IMG/VR virus record: IMGVR_UViG_3300033073_000554 | Coordinates: 1 to 64,000 of that record | Length of the DNA: 64,000 nt | Direction: 5' to 3' (one strand) | Source: a virus | Taxonomy: Duplodnaviria > Heunggongvirae > Uroviricota > Caudoviricetes | In this document: piece after piece, positions 10,274 to 20,586 of the stretch | Layout of the letters: each line of letters starts with the position of its first letter | How positions within the stretch are numbered: position 1 is the first letter of the stretch | Notes under the pieces: model-generated | Seen by the model: only the letters and a program-made list of their open reading frames with translations | What the model was told of the DNA's origin: nothing | The model's database searches: none | Made by a program: the position numbers and the translations under genes

Positions 10274-12154
10274 TTATTTTGACCTCACTTCCAAATCATC
10301 CATTATCCTCAGTATATCGCGACATTCGATATTTGTTGGAATATAATTCTCGGTAAGAATTTTATTAATCAATTCCTCAACCCATTCATCGTCAAACGTA
10401 GTACTATCTGGGAGTGATTCACATATGGCTAATAATCTAGGTTTAATTTTTATCTTCTCAATATATGAATATACCCTAACATCTTCGGATATATCTAATT
10501 CAAATTTGATTGGTGGTGGAATGGCGTCAACTGGAGGTGGGGTATAATTATTTAATGACTTCGAATCAAACATCTGAGTTAACACAGATGTCTTCTGCAT
10601 TAAAGTCTTGGCTAATAAGGCATCTATACTACCATCTACAACCATATATTTTATGAGAACATTACCCACTTGCCCGATACGATGGATACGGTCCTCTACT
10701 TGGAGCATTATCCCCGGCGTCCAATCCATTTCGATGATCAATGCCACACTTGCAGCCGTAAGTGTGATACCAACCCCAGCAGCCCGCGTTCCACCTAAGA
10801 ATATTTTACATAATGGATCTGTCTGAAATCTATCAACCGCATCCTGTTTTTCAGAATCAGACATACCCCCATATAACTTAACTGAACTTATTGATGTATA
10901 ATGTTCGTATAACTTATCAATAACTTCTCTATGATGTGCAAATACTACTACTTTGTCGGTGTTAACTAGTATATCGTCAATTTGCGATATAGCGTCTGGA
11001 ATCTTAGCAAGTGCAGTAGCCTTCCGATATGCAGTCATTTCAGTAATATCACTGTAATCCATGTGCGATAAAAATCCAATAATATCATCATACTCCATCA
11101 TGTCCATGGCAGATTTTGATATCAATTTAGATTCTTTATCTATTAATTTATTATATTTTGAAGGATCACAGTAGACAATTTGTCTGGTCTTTGGTGGTAA
11201 TTCGGTTAATACGTCGGCTTTTAACCTTCGTATCATACAAGTTTGCCGTAATTTATATTGTAATTCATCTAAATTAGATGCCCCTTTGGTATTTAATCCG
11301 AACTCACCTTCAGTTGCATCACAATATCGGTTTATATAATCGAAGTATTTTATATCATATTTCAAAATGGTTAATAGATTATATAGTTCAATGGGTCTAT
11401 TTAAACTCGGCGTACCAGATAATAGTATTACCTTATCACTATTTGGGTCTACGCGCTTCACTAGGCGTTTAAATGCCTTGGATCGTTGGGTAGATCCCTT
11501 TTTTAAATAGTGTGCTTCATCGGCTATTATACAGTCAAATTTAATGTTCTTATCTGACATCCAACTTAACTTGGGAGATATTAGCATGTCATATGATACG
11601 ATGTATATATTTGCGTTCCGAGGATGATAATTTTTACCAGAAATTATTTGGATTTTATAGTCATCAAAATCTACTAACCACGTTTTCAATTCTTTCAACC
11701 AATTATAAGTTAGTGTTGCTGGGCATACTATTACAGTTTTAGTGTATCTTTTATAATTTATAACACCGATTGCCATACAGGATTTACCAAGCCCCATCTC
11801 GTCTGCAATTAAAACCCGGTTCACATTTAGAGCATAGTTCACCCCTATAACCTGATAATCATAATATTTTACCCCATCTGGAACTGGTATATCAATTAAC
11901 TCAGTTGTTACTTTATTGATATTGTGCTCACTGGATAAATTTAGTCTACTTATATTAACTTCTTCTAGACATTTTAAACTATTCTTGATATCATTAGACA
12001 TGTAGTTTTCAAGACGTTTAGCTACATCCAGATTATTGGTTTCCCACCTTTTGTCCAATGGATTCCAACGCATTCCGGCGGCTTTAGGTATCTCTTTGGA
12101 ATAATAGTCACCTACCCAAATGTATGTGTTACCTACTATATCAACGTGAGGCAT
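10274..12154 (-). CDS. SNF2-family (DEAD/DEAH-box) helicase
   Basis: motifs LIADEMGLGKS (Walker A), DCIIADEAHYLKK (DEAH), LLSGTPSLNRPIELYNLL (SNF2 motif), C-terminal helicase domain with QVEDRIHRIGQ. Confidence 0.8.
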   Translation of the reverse strand: MPHVDIVGNTYIWVGDYYSKEIPKAAGMRWNPLDKRWETNNLDVAKRLENYMSNDIKNSLKCLEEVNISRLNLSSEHNINKVTTELIDIPVPDGVKYYDYQVIGVNYALNVNRVLIADEMGLGKSCMAIGVINYKRYTKTVIVCPATLTYNWLKELKTWLVDFDDYKIQIISGKNYHPRNANIYIVSYDMLISPKLSWMSDKNIKFDCIIADEAHYLKKGSTQRSKAFKRLVKRVDPNSDKVILLSGTPSLNRPIELYNLLTILKYDIKYFDYINRYCDATEGEFGLNTKGASNLDELQYKLRQTCMIRRLKADVLTELPPKTRQIVYCDPSKYNKLIDKESKLISKSAMDMMEYDDIIGFLSHMDYSDITEMTAYRKATALAKIPDAISQIDDILVNTDKVVVFAHHREVIDKLYEHYTSISSVKLYGGMSDSEKQDAVDRFQTDPLCKIFLGGTRAAGVGITLTAASVALIIEMDWTPGIMLQVEDRIHRIGQVGNVLIKYMVVDGSIDALLAKTLMQKTSVLTQMFDSKSLNNYTPPPVDAIPPPIKFELDISEDVRVYSYIEKIKIKPRLLAICESLPDSTTFDDEWVEELINKILTENYIPTNIECRDILRIMDDLEVRSK

Positions 12155-12157
12155 AAA

Positions 12158-12382
12158 TTATTTATTAAGAGTCTGTTTTATATTATGGTGGTGTATGATA
12201 TTATCACTCGATTTTGAGTATCCAATTAATACCGAGATAGTACCAATTATTCTATCATTTGTAGTATTACCGTACTCATATTTTTCAAGTGCAGATTCAG
12301 CTTTAATGGCATTGTTTAATAAACCTTCAAACCACGGTTTGGGTACACTAATTAATTCATCGGTTGGCTTATCAGGAATCAT
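12158..12382 (-). CDS. hypothetical small protein
   Basis: 74-aa ORF. Confidence 0.3.
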   Translation of the reverse strand: MIPDKPTDELISVPKPWFEGLLNNAIKAESALEKYEYGNTTNDRIIGTISVLIGYSKSSDNIIHHHNIKQTLNK

Positions 12383-12602
12383 ATTTATCTAACTGTTTAA
12401 CTAATTTACGAATTAATTCAAATTCACCCCAAGTTAATTGAAATCTAGTCGATAGTTTAAATGCTACTTCTACATCAAAACCTTCACCATTTGCCCATTC
12501 AGTCAATTCAATATAACTATCTTTATCTGCAAAATGATCATATTCCAATAACTTACAGAAAACTGTTTTTCTATTATATTTTTCAATAGGTGTTTTACTC
12601 AT
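12372..12602 (-). CDS. hypothetical small protein
   Basis: 76-aa ORF. Confidence 0.35.
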   Translation of the reverse strand: MSKTPIEKYNRKTVFCKLLEYDHFADKDSYIELTEWANGEGFDVEVAFKLSTRFQLTWGEFELIRKLVKQLDKYDS

Positions 12603-13000
12603 ATTTATATTATATTTACACCCAATCGGGTATGAATAAGATCGGATTCACTAGAATTATACTACATCGGGTATAAACAAATCTTTGGCAGCAAAGCTAC
12701 ATTTAGTGCCAATAATTTGAAAAAAAATGATGCCACATTAACGGTATACCACACTTGGCATGGACCTCCCGATAGTTAGTACTAGTCCATATATCAGTGA
12801 TTGAAGTCGTGGCACCATTTTATTTATTTGAAAAATTATAATTTTCTCTAAAATACTCTTCATTAAATCTATCATCCACAAACCCATATTTAGTCAATTT
12901 CCATTTACCCCATTTAACATGCCTAGGTTCAAATCCACGTATTTCGTCGCATGGCATATTTGGCATCCTCTGTGACATATTTAGGTTTTATATCAGTCTA

Positions 13001-13017
13001 GTCAGGTTAAACCTGAC
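13001..13017. repeat. perfect palindrome GTCAGGTTAAACCTGAC in a 439-bp non-coding gap
   Basis: 6-bp stem, 5-nt loop, about 25 nt downstream of the 13042..13755 gene; no U-tract. Confidence 0.4.
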
Positions 13018-13041
13018 ATTATTACTTCTCTTTATAACTAT

Positions 13042-13755
13042 TTAATTTATTACCCAACCAGTTTTAGGTCTAGTTATTCCAACTGGAAGTCCTTTTGGAT
13101 CATTGTACCATATTACGTTATAATTTAATTCTTTGAAGTAATCTACTAATCTATATGATTTCTCAATATACCTCATATCCATTAGATACCCATCTCTGAC
13201 TCCACGAGTTAGAATTAATAATGGTGCTTCTGGAATATTTATACTTCGAACAAAATAATTAATTATATCATAGTTCGCGCATAGATACTTAATATGACTT
13301 CTGACATCTTCTCCTATGATGTATACCATGTTGGTAAGTTTAACACATGATTTCTTTTCATAATCACCTACAAACTCACCGTTATTTAAATAAATATCCC
13401 GGTTATCAACTGGCGTAGTCATTAACACACTATAGAATAATTCTATCGCATTGTTAGTTGAACTTCCATACGTCTTCGTAAATAATACATCCTCAGCGCG
13501 TATTCCAGTTCTGATTAACCACAACTTCAAATCATTATCAGTGAAATTGTCAATATCGAAATACCCAACAACTCCGCGTAATGTCAACATAAATCCTTCA
13601 TGTGATTTGAATTTCTTACCATGACTAGAAGCATAGTTAAATTTCAATTGTCCTGTTACAAGATATTTTTTAATAGTATCTTGTACTGGTTCATTATTAG
13701 CGTATGTGAATACCGACACTAATAATAGTAATGTTAATAGCAATAATTTTTTCAT
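13042..13755 (-). CDS. secreted hypothetical protein
   Basis: N-terminus MKKLLLLTLLLLVSVFTYA is a signal peptide. Confidence 0.5.
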   Translation of the reverse strand: MKKLLLLTLLLLVSVFTYANNEPVQDTIKKYLVTGQLKFNYASSHGKKFKSHEGFMLTLRGVVGYFDIDNFTDNDLKLWLIRTGIRAEDVLFTKTYGSSTNNAIELFYSVLMTTPVDNRDIYLNNGEFVGDYEKKSCVKLTNMVYIIGEDVRSHIKYLCANYDIINYFVRSINIPEAPLLILTRGVRDGYLMDMRYIEKSYRLVDYFKELNYNVIWYNDPKGLPVGITRPKTGWVIN

Positions 13756-13774
13756 GATCTTTTTTTTATATTTG

Positions 13775-14392
13775 TTATATTAAATTTGGTTTCATTCCAA
13801 TATGATATAATACATCTCTATTAGTCGTCTGTATTACTATCTCTGTAAAATTATCAAAGTGTATCATAGCACACACGTGTATTATACTAACTGCAAGTGC
13901 GATATTATATTTTGATGAACTGATAAAATCTAATGGTAGAGTTACAACTGGATAACCATTTACAACTGCCGCATGTAACGCATCCATATACATAAACATT
14001 AGTTGCTCATAGTCTTGCCATTCTGCTGCGTCACCTTCGATATCTGGTGAAATTATGAACAATAAATCATATACCTCACTTTCCAATTGGATCAATAAAG
14101 GAATATCTTCATCTTCTTCATCCTCATAACTTTCGAATTCTTCAAGATCTGATACTAATTCATCCATACTATCTGGATTAATCATATTCCTAATCTCAGA
14201 CTCATCATTAAGATTATTCATTACTGATTGATAGTGGTCCACTGCCGACGTAATAACATCACCATGTGTTTTCATTAACTCTGAATACCTACCATCAGTA
14301 TATATGTTTAAATATGTACTAGGTATAGGATTCACTAATAACCCCACAGACTCGAATAATGTTGGATCTATTACAATGGATAATTTAGCCAT
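13775..14392 (-). CDS. hypothetical acidic protein
   Basis: 205 aa with a poly-acidic stretch EEFESYEDEEDEDIP. Confidence 0.45.
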   Translation of the reverse strand: MAKLSIVIDPTLFESVGLLVNPIPSTYLNIYTDGRYSELMKTHGDVITSAVDHYQSVMNNLNDESEIRNMINPDSMDELVSDLEEFESYEDEEDEDIPLLIQLESEVYDLLFIISPDIEGDAAEWQDYEQLMFMYMDALHAAVVNGYPVVTLPLDFISSSKYNIALAVSIIHVCAMIHFDNFTEIVIQTTNRDVLYHIGMKPNLI

Positions 14393-15260
14393 AGCTTTTT
14401 ATTCTTTTTAAAGGTGGACACAGTTCATGATTATCTCTGAACTCGCAAAACATACAGTTATTATCATTCTTACCAGATTCTGCTGCAAATACTGTTGTGA
14501 CATTTCTAGACCCATCATCATTAAACCCACGCTCTATAAACTCGTTAAATTCTTTAACTATTTTAGCGGTATAAAGTTCATCGTTTTTTATAGGTAATAT
14601 TGTAACCAGTGATGGTGTAGATGGTTTCCGCTTCAAAATAAAATATTCAACGTCGATTGTATCAATTGGAATATTATATAAAATACTATAAAAATATTTA
14701 TATAATATCAATTGTGCAGTCTTACTTTCATCATTTATTTGAAATCTATTCCACCCATCTTTAGACGTTTTATAATCTTGAATCGTTACTCTACCATTTT
14801 TTCGTTTCTTAACTACATCTAGAAATGCTACAAATTTTATATTCGGTTTGTTTAAACTTGGAAATATTTCAATCGGCAACTCTATATCAACGGATTCGAC
14901 GTCGGTGAAGTCGTAATATGTTAACCATCGCTCGTGTATAAAATTAACTATATTTACACCATCCAAGTAAATTTCAGTTAACTCTTCTGGTGATGAGAAA
15001 ATCTGCTTAAATTTGTTCAATTCTTCGGTGAACACTGTATGCATATTTTCAAATAAGAGTTCAACCATATTTAATTTCGGTTCTCCATTTTCGAACACAT
15101 CCAACATATATGACTGGAGTGTGTTATGCATGGCGGTACCGAAAACTGTATGCACAGATGGAGTTTTAGATCTTAATTTCTTAGCATATGCTAATTGCCA
15201 CCGATGTTTACATGTTTTCCATAATGAAAACTGACTATATGAAACTTTAATTTCATTCAC
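14385..15260 (-). CDS. Cas4/RecB-like PD-(D/E)XK exonuclease (Fe-S type)
   Basis: QDYK (D-x-K) motif, QLILYKYFY (QxxxY motif), one N-terminal Cys and a C-terminal C-x2-C-x8-C cluster (CMFCEFRDNHELC). Confidence 0.55.
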   Translation of the reverse strand: MNEIKVSYSQFSLWKTCKHRWQLAYAKKLRSKTPSVHTVFGTAMHNTLQSYMLDVFENGEPKLNMVELLFENMHTVFTEELNKFKQIFSSPEELTEIYLDGVNIVNFIHERWLTYYDFTDVESVDIELPIEIFPSLNKPNIKFVAFLDVVKKRKNGRVTIQDYKTSKDGWNRFQINDESKTAQLILYKYFYSILYNIPIDTIDVEYFILKRKPSTPSLVTILPIKNDELYTAKIVKEFNEFIERGFNDDGSRNVTTVFAAESGKNDNNCMFCEFRDNHELCPPLKRIKSYG

Positions 15261-15570
15261 CAGATCTCATCTTGGTTAAATAAACCTTCGTGTAATTACG
15301 AAGTTTACCAACTAATTCTAAATATTCATCACTTGATCCACTGAATACTGTAATATCGTAACATAACTGATCTATACTACTTTTCAATGAATTACACGAC
15401 TCTGAAATATCTACAATATCTGGGAACGCGTTTGATGATTTTGGGGTAGTCTTAACTTCAGCTGCACATGCTAAACGATTCACATCATTTACAAAGTCAA
15501 CAGTAGCTTTGATAATTTTCTCGGTGGATCCATATTTTTCAACGGTCTCCTGTTCTATTCTTCTTAACAT
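15253..15570 (-). CDS. hypothetical protein
   Basis: 105-aa ORF. Confidence 0.4.
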   Translation of the reverse strand: MLRRIEQETVEKYGSTEKIIKATVDFVNDVNRLACAAEVKTTPKSSNAFPDIVDISESCNSLKSSIDQLCYDITVFSGSSDEYLELVGKLRNYTKVYLTKMRSGE

Positions 15571-15571
15571 A

Positions 15572-15898
15572 CTAATCTATTTTAAATATTTTTTGATTTT
15601 TCATTGATTCGGATTGTCCTAATAGTTTAGATTCTGGAACATTATCAATTCCAAGTATTTCCTCTGGCGTACCGATACCAGCTGGAAGATCTCTGTTTAA
15701 TAAATTACCGCACTTGTCGCATTTCCATATTGGAATTGGAACCGTCAACGGTCTTGGACCACCAGTTATTATTTTGGATATTTCTCTCAATAAATATACC
15801 ATTACAAATGTGGTTCCAGTACATTTTGGGCACTTTATCGCAGTGGAATCTTCAATTTTTATATCTAGATTCATTGAATGTTGCATACCGTCTTTCAT
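15572..15898 (-). CDS. zinc-ribbon protein
   Basis: two CxxC pairs (CPKCTG ... CDKCGN). Confidence 0.45.
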   Translation of the reverse strand: MKDGMQHSMNLDIKIEDSTAIKCPKCTGTTFVMVYLLREISKIITGGPRPLTVPIPIWKCDKCGNLLNRDLPAGIGTPEEILGIDNVPESKLLGQSESMKNQKIFKID

Positions 15899-16937
15899 TC
15901 ACTTTTTTTATTATTTCTAAAAATTTATTCTGATCAAAATACATCTTACCATATCTGTCTGCGTGATCATACAATTTCATAGATTCTTCACTATAATTTG
16001 CAATGTATTTATTTACAATATTAGCGATTTCATCTCTACGTTTCACATAGGTTAGAAATGGTTTTCGGACTATCGCGCCATCATATAAATACTCGTCTGG
16101 CATCGTTTCCTTGTATACACCAGTATCTGGAGCAATTGGAATACATCCGAAGCATAACCCCTCATATATACATGTAGGATCCGACTCTGTTGTATCAATA
16201 GATAATACTATCTTAGCCCGCATAAGAATGTCGTAATATTCATTTCTTGATAACCTTAATTCACAGCTGTCTATTATAGTATAATCTGGGAACATTCTCC
16301 TGATTGCTACTAAAACATGTTGAACGTGTGGATCATAAGTTGTATGTGGGATAATAATTAAATCCTCTTTATTCAGCGTATCAGGATACGATTCACGCAG
16401 TTTATGTATATTAATTGGATACCCGAGTACTGCCGCATACATCGTATCTTTATAGCGATGCAAACCATAAAATTTATCACGTATCCGTTCCGAAAAAAAT
16501 ATGTTCATATCATAGGCTCTGAATAGGGCACGTTCGGTAGCGTTCGCCCAATCTTTCTCTCTCCTAATCATCGCCGATCTCATCCTATTACTAGGATCAT
16601 ACATCCCATCTCTCCATATCCCCATATACTTGATATTATTCAATTTTAGAATATCAACCATTCTACGCAATTGAATCACATTTACATCCCACGCATTCGA
16701 AAATATAAACATGTCACCATCATTTATTTTTTCTAATATCATGTATTGATATAAAGCATTAAACTGGGAACCTTTATATGCGATGTTGGCAATCATATCA
16801 TTTTGAGTGGCTATAGTAGTTGTACCAGAAATGACGTTAACATCGTATCCATATTCACGTAACATCTCTGGTACAGTTGTTGTATAGTGGTCTAAATGCC
16901 TATACCCAATATCATATGAGTCTATGATATGTATCAT
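15852..16937 (-). CDS. putative GT-B glycosyltransferase (GT1/GT4-like)
   Basis: C-terminal domain has the GT1-type motif ESDPTCIYEGLCFGCIPIAPDTG (E-x-FG-x-EA-x-G-x-P-like). Confidence 0.5.
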   Translation of the reverse strand: MIHIIDSYDIGYRHLDHYTTTVPEMLREYGYDVNVISGTTTIATQNDMIANIAYKGSQFNALYQYMILEKINDGDMFIFSNAWDVNVIQLRRMVDILKLNNIKYMGIWRDGMYDPSNRMRSAMIRREKDWANATERALFRAYDMNIFFSERIRDKFYGLHRYKDTMYAAVLGYPINIHKLRESYPDTLNKEDLIIIPHTTYDPHVQHVLVAIRRMFPDYTIIDSCELRLSRNEYYDILMRAKIVLSIDTTESDPTCIYEGLCFGCIPIAPDTGVYKETMPDEYLYDGAIVRKPFLTYVKRRDEIANIVNKYIANYSEESMKLYDHADRYGKMYFDQNKFLEIIKKVNERRYATFNESRYKN

Positions 16938-17367
16938 ATTAATTAACTACCTTGACGATTTTAGACTTATCAACGCCCGTTACTACCCAGTCGTTTGGAA
17001 ATCCTTTGAAATCTTCATACATCTTCGCTTCGGCTTCGGTTACACTCATTGCATCTACTAAGTATAACTCGGTGGTATCCTTTGGACCCTTTTCCGTGTC
17101 AGTAGTTATTTTAACTTTAACATTGTAAAACATAAATAAAAAATTTTATTGTGATTAAATAATTATTGAATATTTGTTAGATATCTCAGCCCCAGATAAG
17201 TATTCAGAGTATCCAGTGTACTGCTCTAATGCATCTTCGACTACAACTAGGTACATCCCCTTGTGCCCGGTGCAAATTATGTGAATCAATTCTGGTTGAT
17301 CTGGTCGATCATCTAAAAATGATCTAATTCTAGATGGAGTAACTTCAGTATAATTTCCCATTTGTTT

Positions 17368-18105
17368 TTAAATTACTGGTAATAAATAAGTTGATATAGT
17401 ATCATTTGCATATGTAAATTTTAACTTCAATAGTATATTACTATAGATTGATATATCCACTATATTTGATTTTTTATTTAAATCGAATACTTTCTGAATT
17501 ATATCTAAATCTAGATTGACGTTGTAGTTTGAATTTATAGTATGGTTTATGATAACTGGTATTTTAATTTCTCCGAAACTTTCAGATTCTTCAGTTTGGG
17601 AAATTTTAAAATGTAATTCAGACGTTTCGATAGACGTATTTATATTTATTTTACTGCATCCACTCATTGACTTAGTAGTTGCAAGTATAGATTGGATTTT
17701 CTTTGAATCCATTACCATATCTATTCTATCACCGTCTATCAATGCAGCTTTTGGTCTAAATATTTTAGCGCATTGTGATTCTTGATCGATATAACAAGAT
17801 GCTTTTAGTGATGTATCACTATCTTCAATCTTTAATATTGGTCCGAAATTATTTTCAAGTGTTGTATTTTCTCCACAGTTATTTAATATTTGTAATATTT
17901 CAGATACCTGTGGGATACAAATTTTACCTTCAAGTTTTATAGATGGTTCATACTTAGATTCGATCACACCTGTAATCCTAGCTTTAGATTCTATAAATTC
18001 GAGAATTACAGTATTGTCGGAACTCTGATGTATAAAATTTACTTTATCTATATCAGAAGTAACTTGACATAACTTAAATAGCCCATGTAATTTTGTTACT
18101 TTCAT
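17368..18105 (-). CDS. hypothetical protein (245 aa)
   Basis: ORF. Confidence 0.45.
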   Translation of the reverse strand: MKVTKLHGLFKLCQVTSDIDKVNFIHQSSDNTVILEFIESKARITGVIESKYEPSIKLEGKICIPQVSEILQILNNCGENTTLENNFGPILKIEDSDTSLKASCYIDQESQCAKIFRPKAALIDGDRIDMVMDSKKIQSILATTKSMSGCSKININTSIETSELHFKISQTEESESFGEIKIPVIINHTINSNYNVNLDLDIIQKVFDLNKKSNIVDISIYSNILLKLKFTYANDTISTYLLPVI

Positions 18106-18165
18106 AAGTGTGGTGCAAATATATAAAAAAATATTGGATATATTCTAATATTTATTGAAAAATAT

Positions 18166-18459
18166 TTAATTTGGCATAAGATGCGCTCCACAATGATTAC
18201 ACGATATTAATATTCTACTGACTGTATTCAAACAGAATGGGCAACGCTTAAAATCCGTATCATATGTATCTCTACATCGTGATGAACCAGATTCATTTTC
18301 CAATATATAGTTCGCACCTTCAATAAATCCATCTTCATAACTTTTATGATCATATTTATGGCTACTTATAAATTGTGAGCGATCTGCTGCTTCACGTGCC
18401 GCATCTTTTATATCTTCCATATTAATTATTTTGTAATTTTTCACCTCGCACATCATCAC
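18166..18459 (-). CDS. small zinc-ribbon protein
   Basis: CPFCLN ... CNHCGAHL. Confidence 0.4.
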   Translation of the reverse strand: MMMCEVKNYKIINMEDIKDAAREAADRSQFISSHKYDHKSYEDGFIEGANYILENESGSSRCRDTYDTDFKRCPFCLNTVSRILISCNHCGAHLMPN

Positions 18460-18632
18460 AATTTTTTATACCCCATCCAATCACCTTGTCGTATACTTTC
18501 TCCATATCAGATTTTACATCATCATATACCTCAACATTCTGATAACATCTTCTACTAAGTCCACAAAATATACGATATAATCCAATGGATTCTTCTTTGC
18601 CAAAATTTAATTCGTTTTTCATGGTGTCATTT

Positions 18633-19772
18633 TTAAAAATTGTTTCGAATTGCTTCATATATTCCATTATAATTATTTACACCACCATCTGGAATTGGAT
18701 CCAATACTGGAATTACATTAGCATTAGATAGTTTTCTAATATATGAATTATCTTTGAAGTAACCTTCACGCAATTCCTTTCCTTTATGCACATATGTTAC
18801 CAATGTTCCACCGAATAATGCAGACAATATTGAATTGCCTCCACACACTGATATATAATGTGTAGCATTAGCCATTATTCTCAACTGTGCTTCATTGTAT
18901 CGCATTTCGAAATTGTTCGCGCGATATCTAATATTTTCAACTTCATCGTCCATGGTAGTAACCCCTTTAGATTTCCAAGATTCTACTAATCCAAAGTCTG
19001 TGAGCATTTCTGGTTTCCACGAAGTTCTATCCATGGCTACTATATTAGTAAACCCTAGATTTAGAGACTGTATTTCATTTTCATCATAGGCAAAATGTTT
19101 TTCAGTATTTCGTGTTCTCTTATATATTACTTTGTATCCCTTATCTGTTAACATTGTAAACATTTTCCCTAAACACTCAATATCGAAAAACCCACGCGGT
19201 CTTTCACCATGTTCTATATTGTATTTATTAGTGATTATCACCGTTTTCCGAGTATCCGTTGTAAATGCGTTACTGAAATGTTCTTTAAATGGTGGGCATT
19301 CCCATTCAGTATAATCTAATACGCCGTTTACTTCAATTTTTTCTTCAGCTGATAATTGTTCGTAATCTACACCCTTCAACGCGATTGCATTATGGTGTAT
19401 CCATGAATTTGGGCAAGTGTGTAGCCCGGCTAATTCATTGTCGATAGTCCGTTTATTGTAATATTCCATTACATTATCGCAGAAATAGTAAAATGGTTTC
19501 ATCTCAATTGATGTTTTAACACTTTCTAATAATCCACGTAAATGTAAAGAGTATGCGTATGGAACGCATAAAGCAAGTTCGATCCCGAACTCTGGTCTAA
19601 AATCTAAATTTATTCCTTTGTTTATCATTTTATAAAGTTGAGAAGATGTTTTATCTAATAATTCCTGATTAACTCCACCATGCGTCATAGTATTTCTATC
19701 TTTAGCGTCAAAATCATAAAGTTTTATTAATTCGTCGTAAGTTGGTATATCATACCATCGTTGATTAGTCAC
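18633..19772 (-). CDS. hypothetical protein, possible glycosyltransferase
   Basis: 379 aa; the C-terminal segment SVCGGNSILSALFGGTLVTYV resembles GT-B nucleotide-sugar-binding regions; weak. Confidence 0.35.
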   Translation of the reverse strand: MTNQRWYDIPTYDELIKLYDFDAKDRNTMTHGGVNQELLDKTSSQLYKMINKGINLDFRPEFGIELALCVPYAYSLHLRGLLESVKTSIEMKPFYYFCDNVMEYYNKRTIDNELAGLHTCPNSWIHHNAIALKGVDYEQLSAEEKIEVNGVLDYTEWECPPFKEHFSNAFTTDTRKTVIITNKYNIEHGERPRGFFDIECLGKMFTMLTDKGYKVIYKRTRNTEKHFAYDENEIQSLNLGFTNIVAMDRTSWKPEMLTDFGLVESWKSKGVTTMDDEVENIRYRANNFEMRYNEAQLRIMANATHYISVCGGNSILSALFGGTLVTYVHKGKELREGYFKDNSYIRKLSNANVIPVLDPIPDGGVNNYNGIYEAIRNNF

Positions 19773-19875
19773 TGCATACGTTTTATATCATCTTTAAATA
19801 ATCTAAAAACTGAATACATAAATACGGCAAGTATTAACCCACCTATTAAATCATATATTTGATCTGGCGTTAAAT

Positions 19876-20586
19876 TCATCGTTTTACCATTTTAATTACT
19901 TGAAATGCTTCAGCCGCACCACATCCAGCCTGAATGCCGCGATATTGTGCTAATATAGCTAAATTTGCTACAACGTCGAGACCTATATTACGGTATTTAT
20001 CTATTTGACTTTTATGCGCCAATGATGCTTTAATTTTACCATTGAAGGTATCGGAGATATCGACATAATAATGTGCGTCCATATTATTTTCAGACAGCCT
20101 AGCTATTGGTATTTGCTCATAACATAACACATTTTGTACATATCTAGCGGCTGCCATTGTTATTCTGAAAGTTGCTATATGATCTTGGTTAGCGTCACCA
20201 GCCCAATGTGTGTATATAATAGATGGTTTATGTTTTTTAATTATTTTTTCAAGCTCAGATATATTTTCAAAGTTAAACTCAAGGTGTAAATCTGCATTCG
20301 TAAGTGTATAGCACTTTTTAACCTTTAATACTTTACAAGCCGCTGTCAATTCATCGTTTAACTGAGTTAAACTTCTAATTACTTTTTTATTTTTTGAAGT
20401 ACCATCTATGGATGGAGTTCCAGTCATGCATACATATATAATTTCATATCCTTCTTCAACGTGTTTCAATAATGTTCCACCACACCCAAATTCTATATCA
20501 TCTGGATGAGCACCAATTGCCATAACAACCTTATGTTTATTAGATTTATTTTTCATTGAGTAATATTTTTCTACTTTCTGGACCAT
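19876..20586 (-). CDS. PIG-L/LmbE-family N-acetylglucosaminyl deacetylase
   Basis: N-terminal signature MAIGAHPDDIEFGCGGTLLKH (AHPDDE motif), ~230 aa. Confidence 0.8.
   Translation of the reverse strand: MVQKVEKYYSMKNKSNKHKVVMAIGAHPDDIEFGCGGTLLKHVEEGYEIIYVCMTGTPSIDGTSKNKKVIRSLTQLNDELTAACKVLKVKKCYTLTNADLHLEFNFENISELEKIIKKHKPSIIYTHWAGDANQDHIATFRITMAAARYVQNVLCYEQIPIARLSENNMDAHYYVDISDTFNGKIKASLAHKSQIDKYRNIGLDVVANLAILAQYRGIQAGCGAAEAFQVIKMVKR

Noticed and set aside
12920-12945. tRNA-like T-arm sequence GGTTCAAATCC
   Set aside because: The flanking 5-nt stems give only 3 of 5 base pairs and no complementary acceptor 5' strand exists upstream. No credible cloverleaf on either strand.
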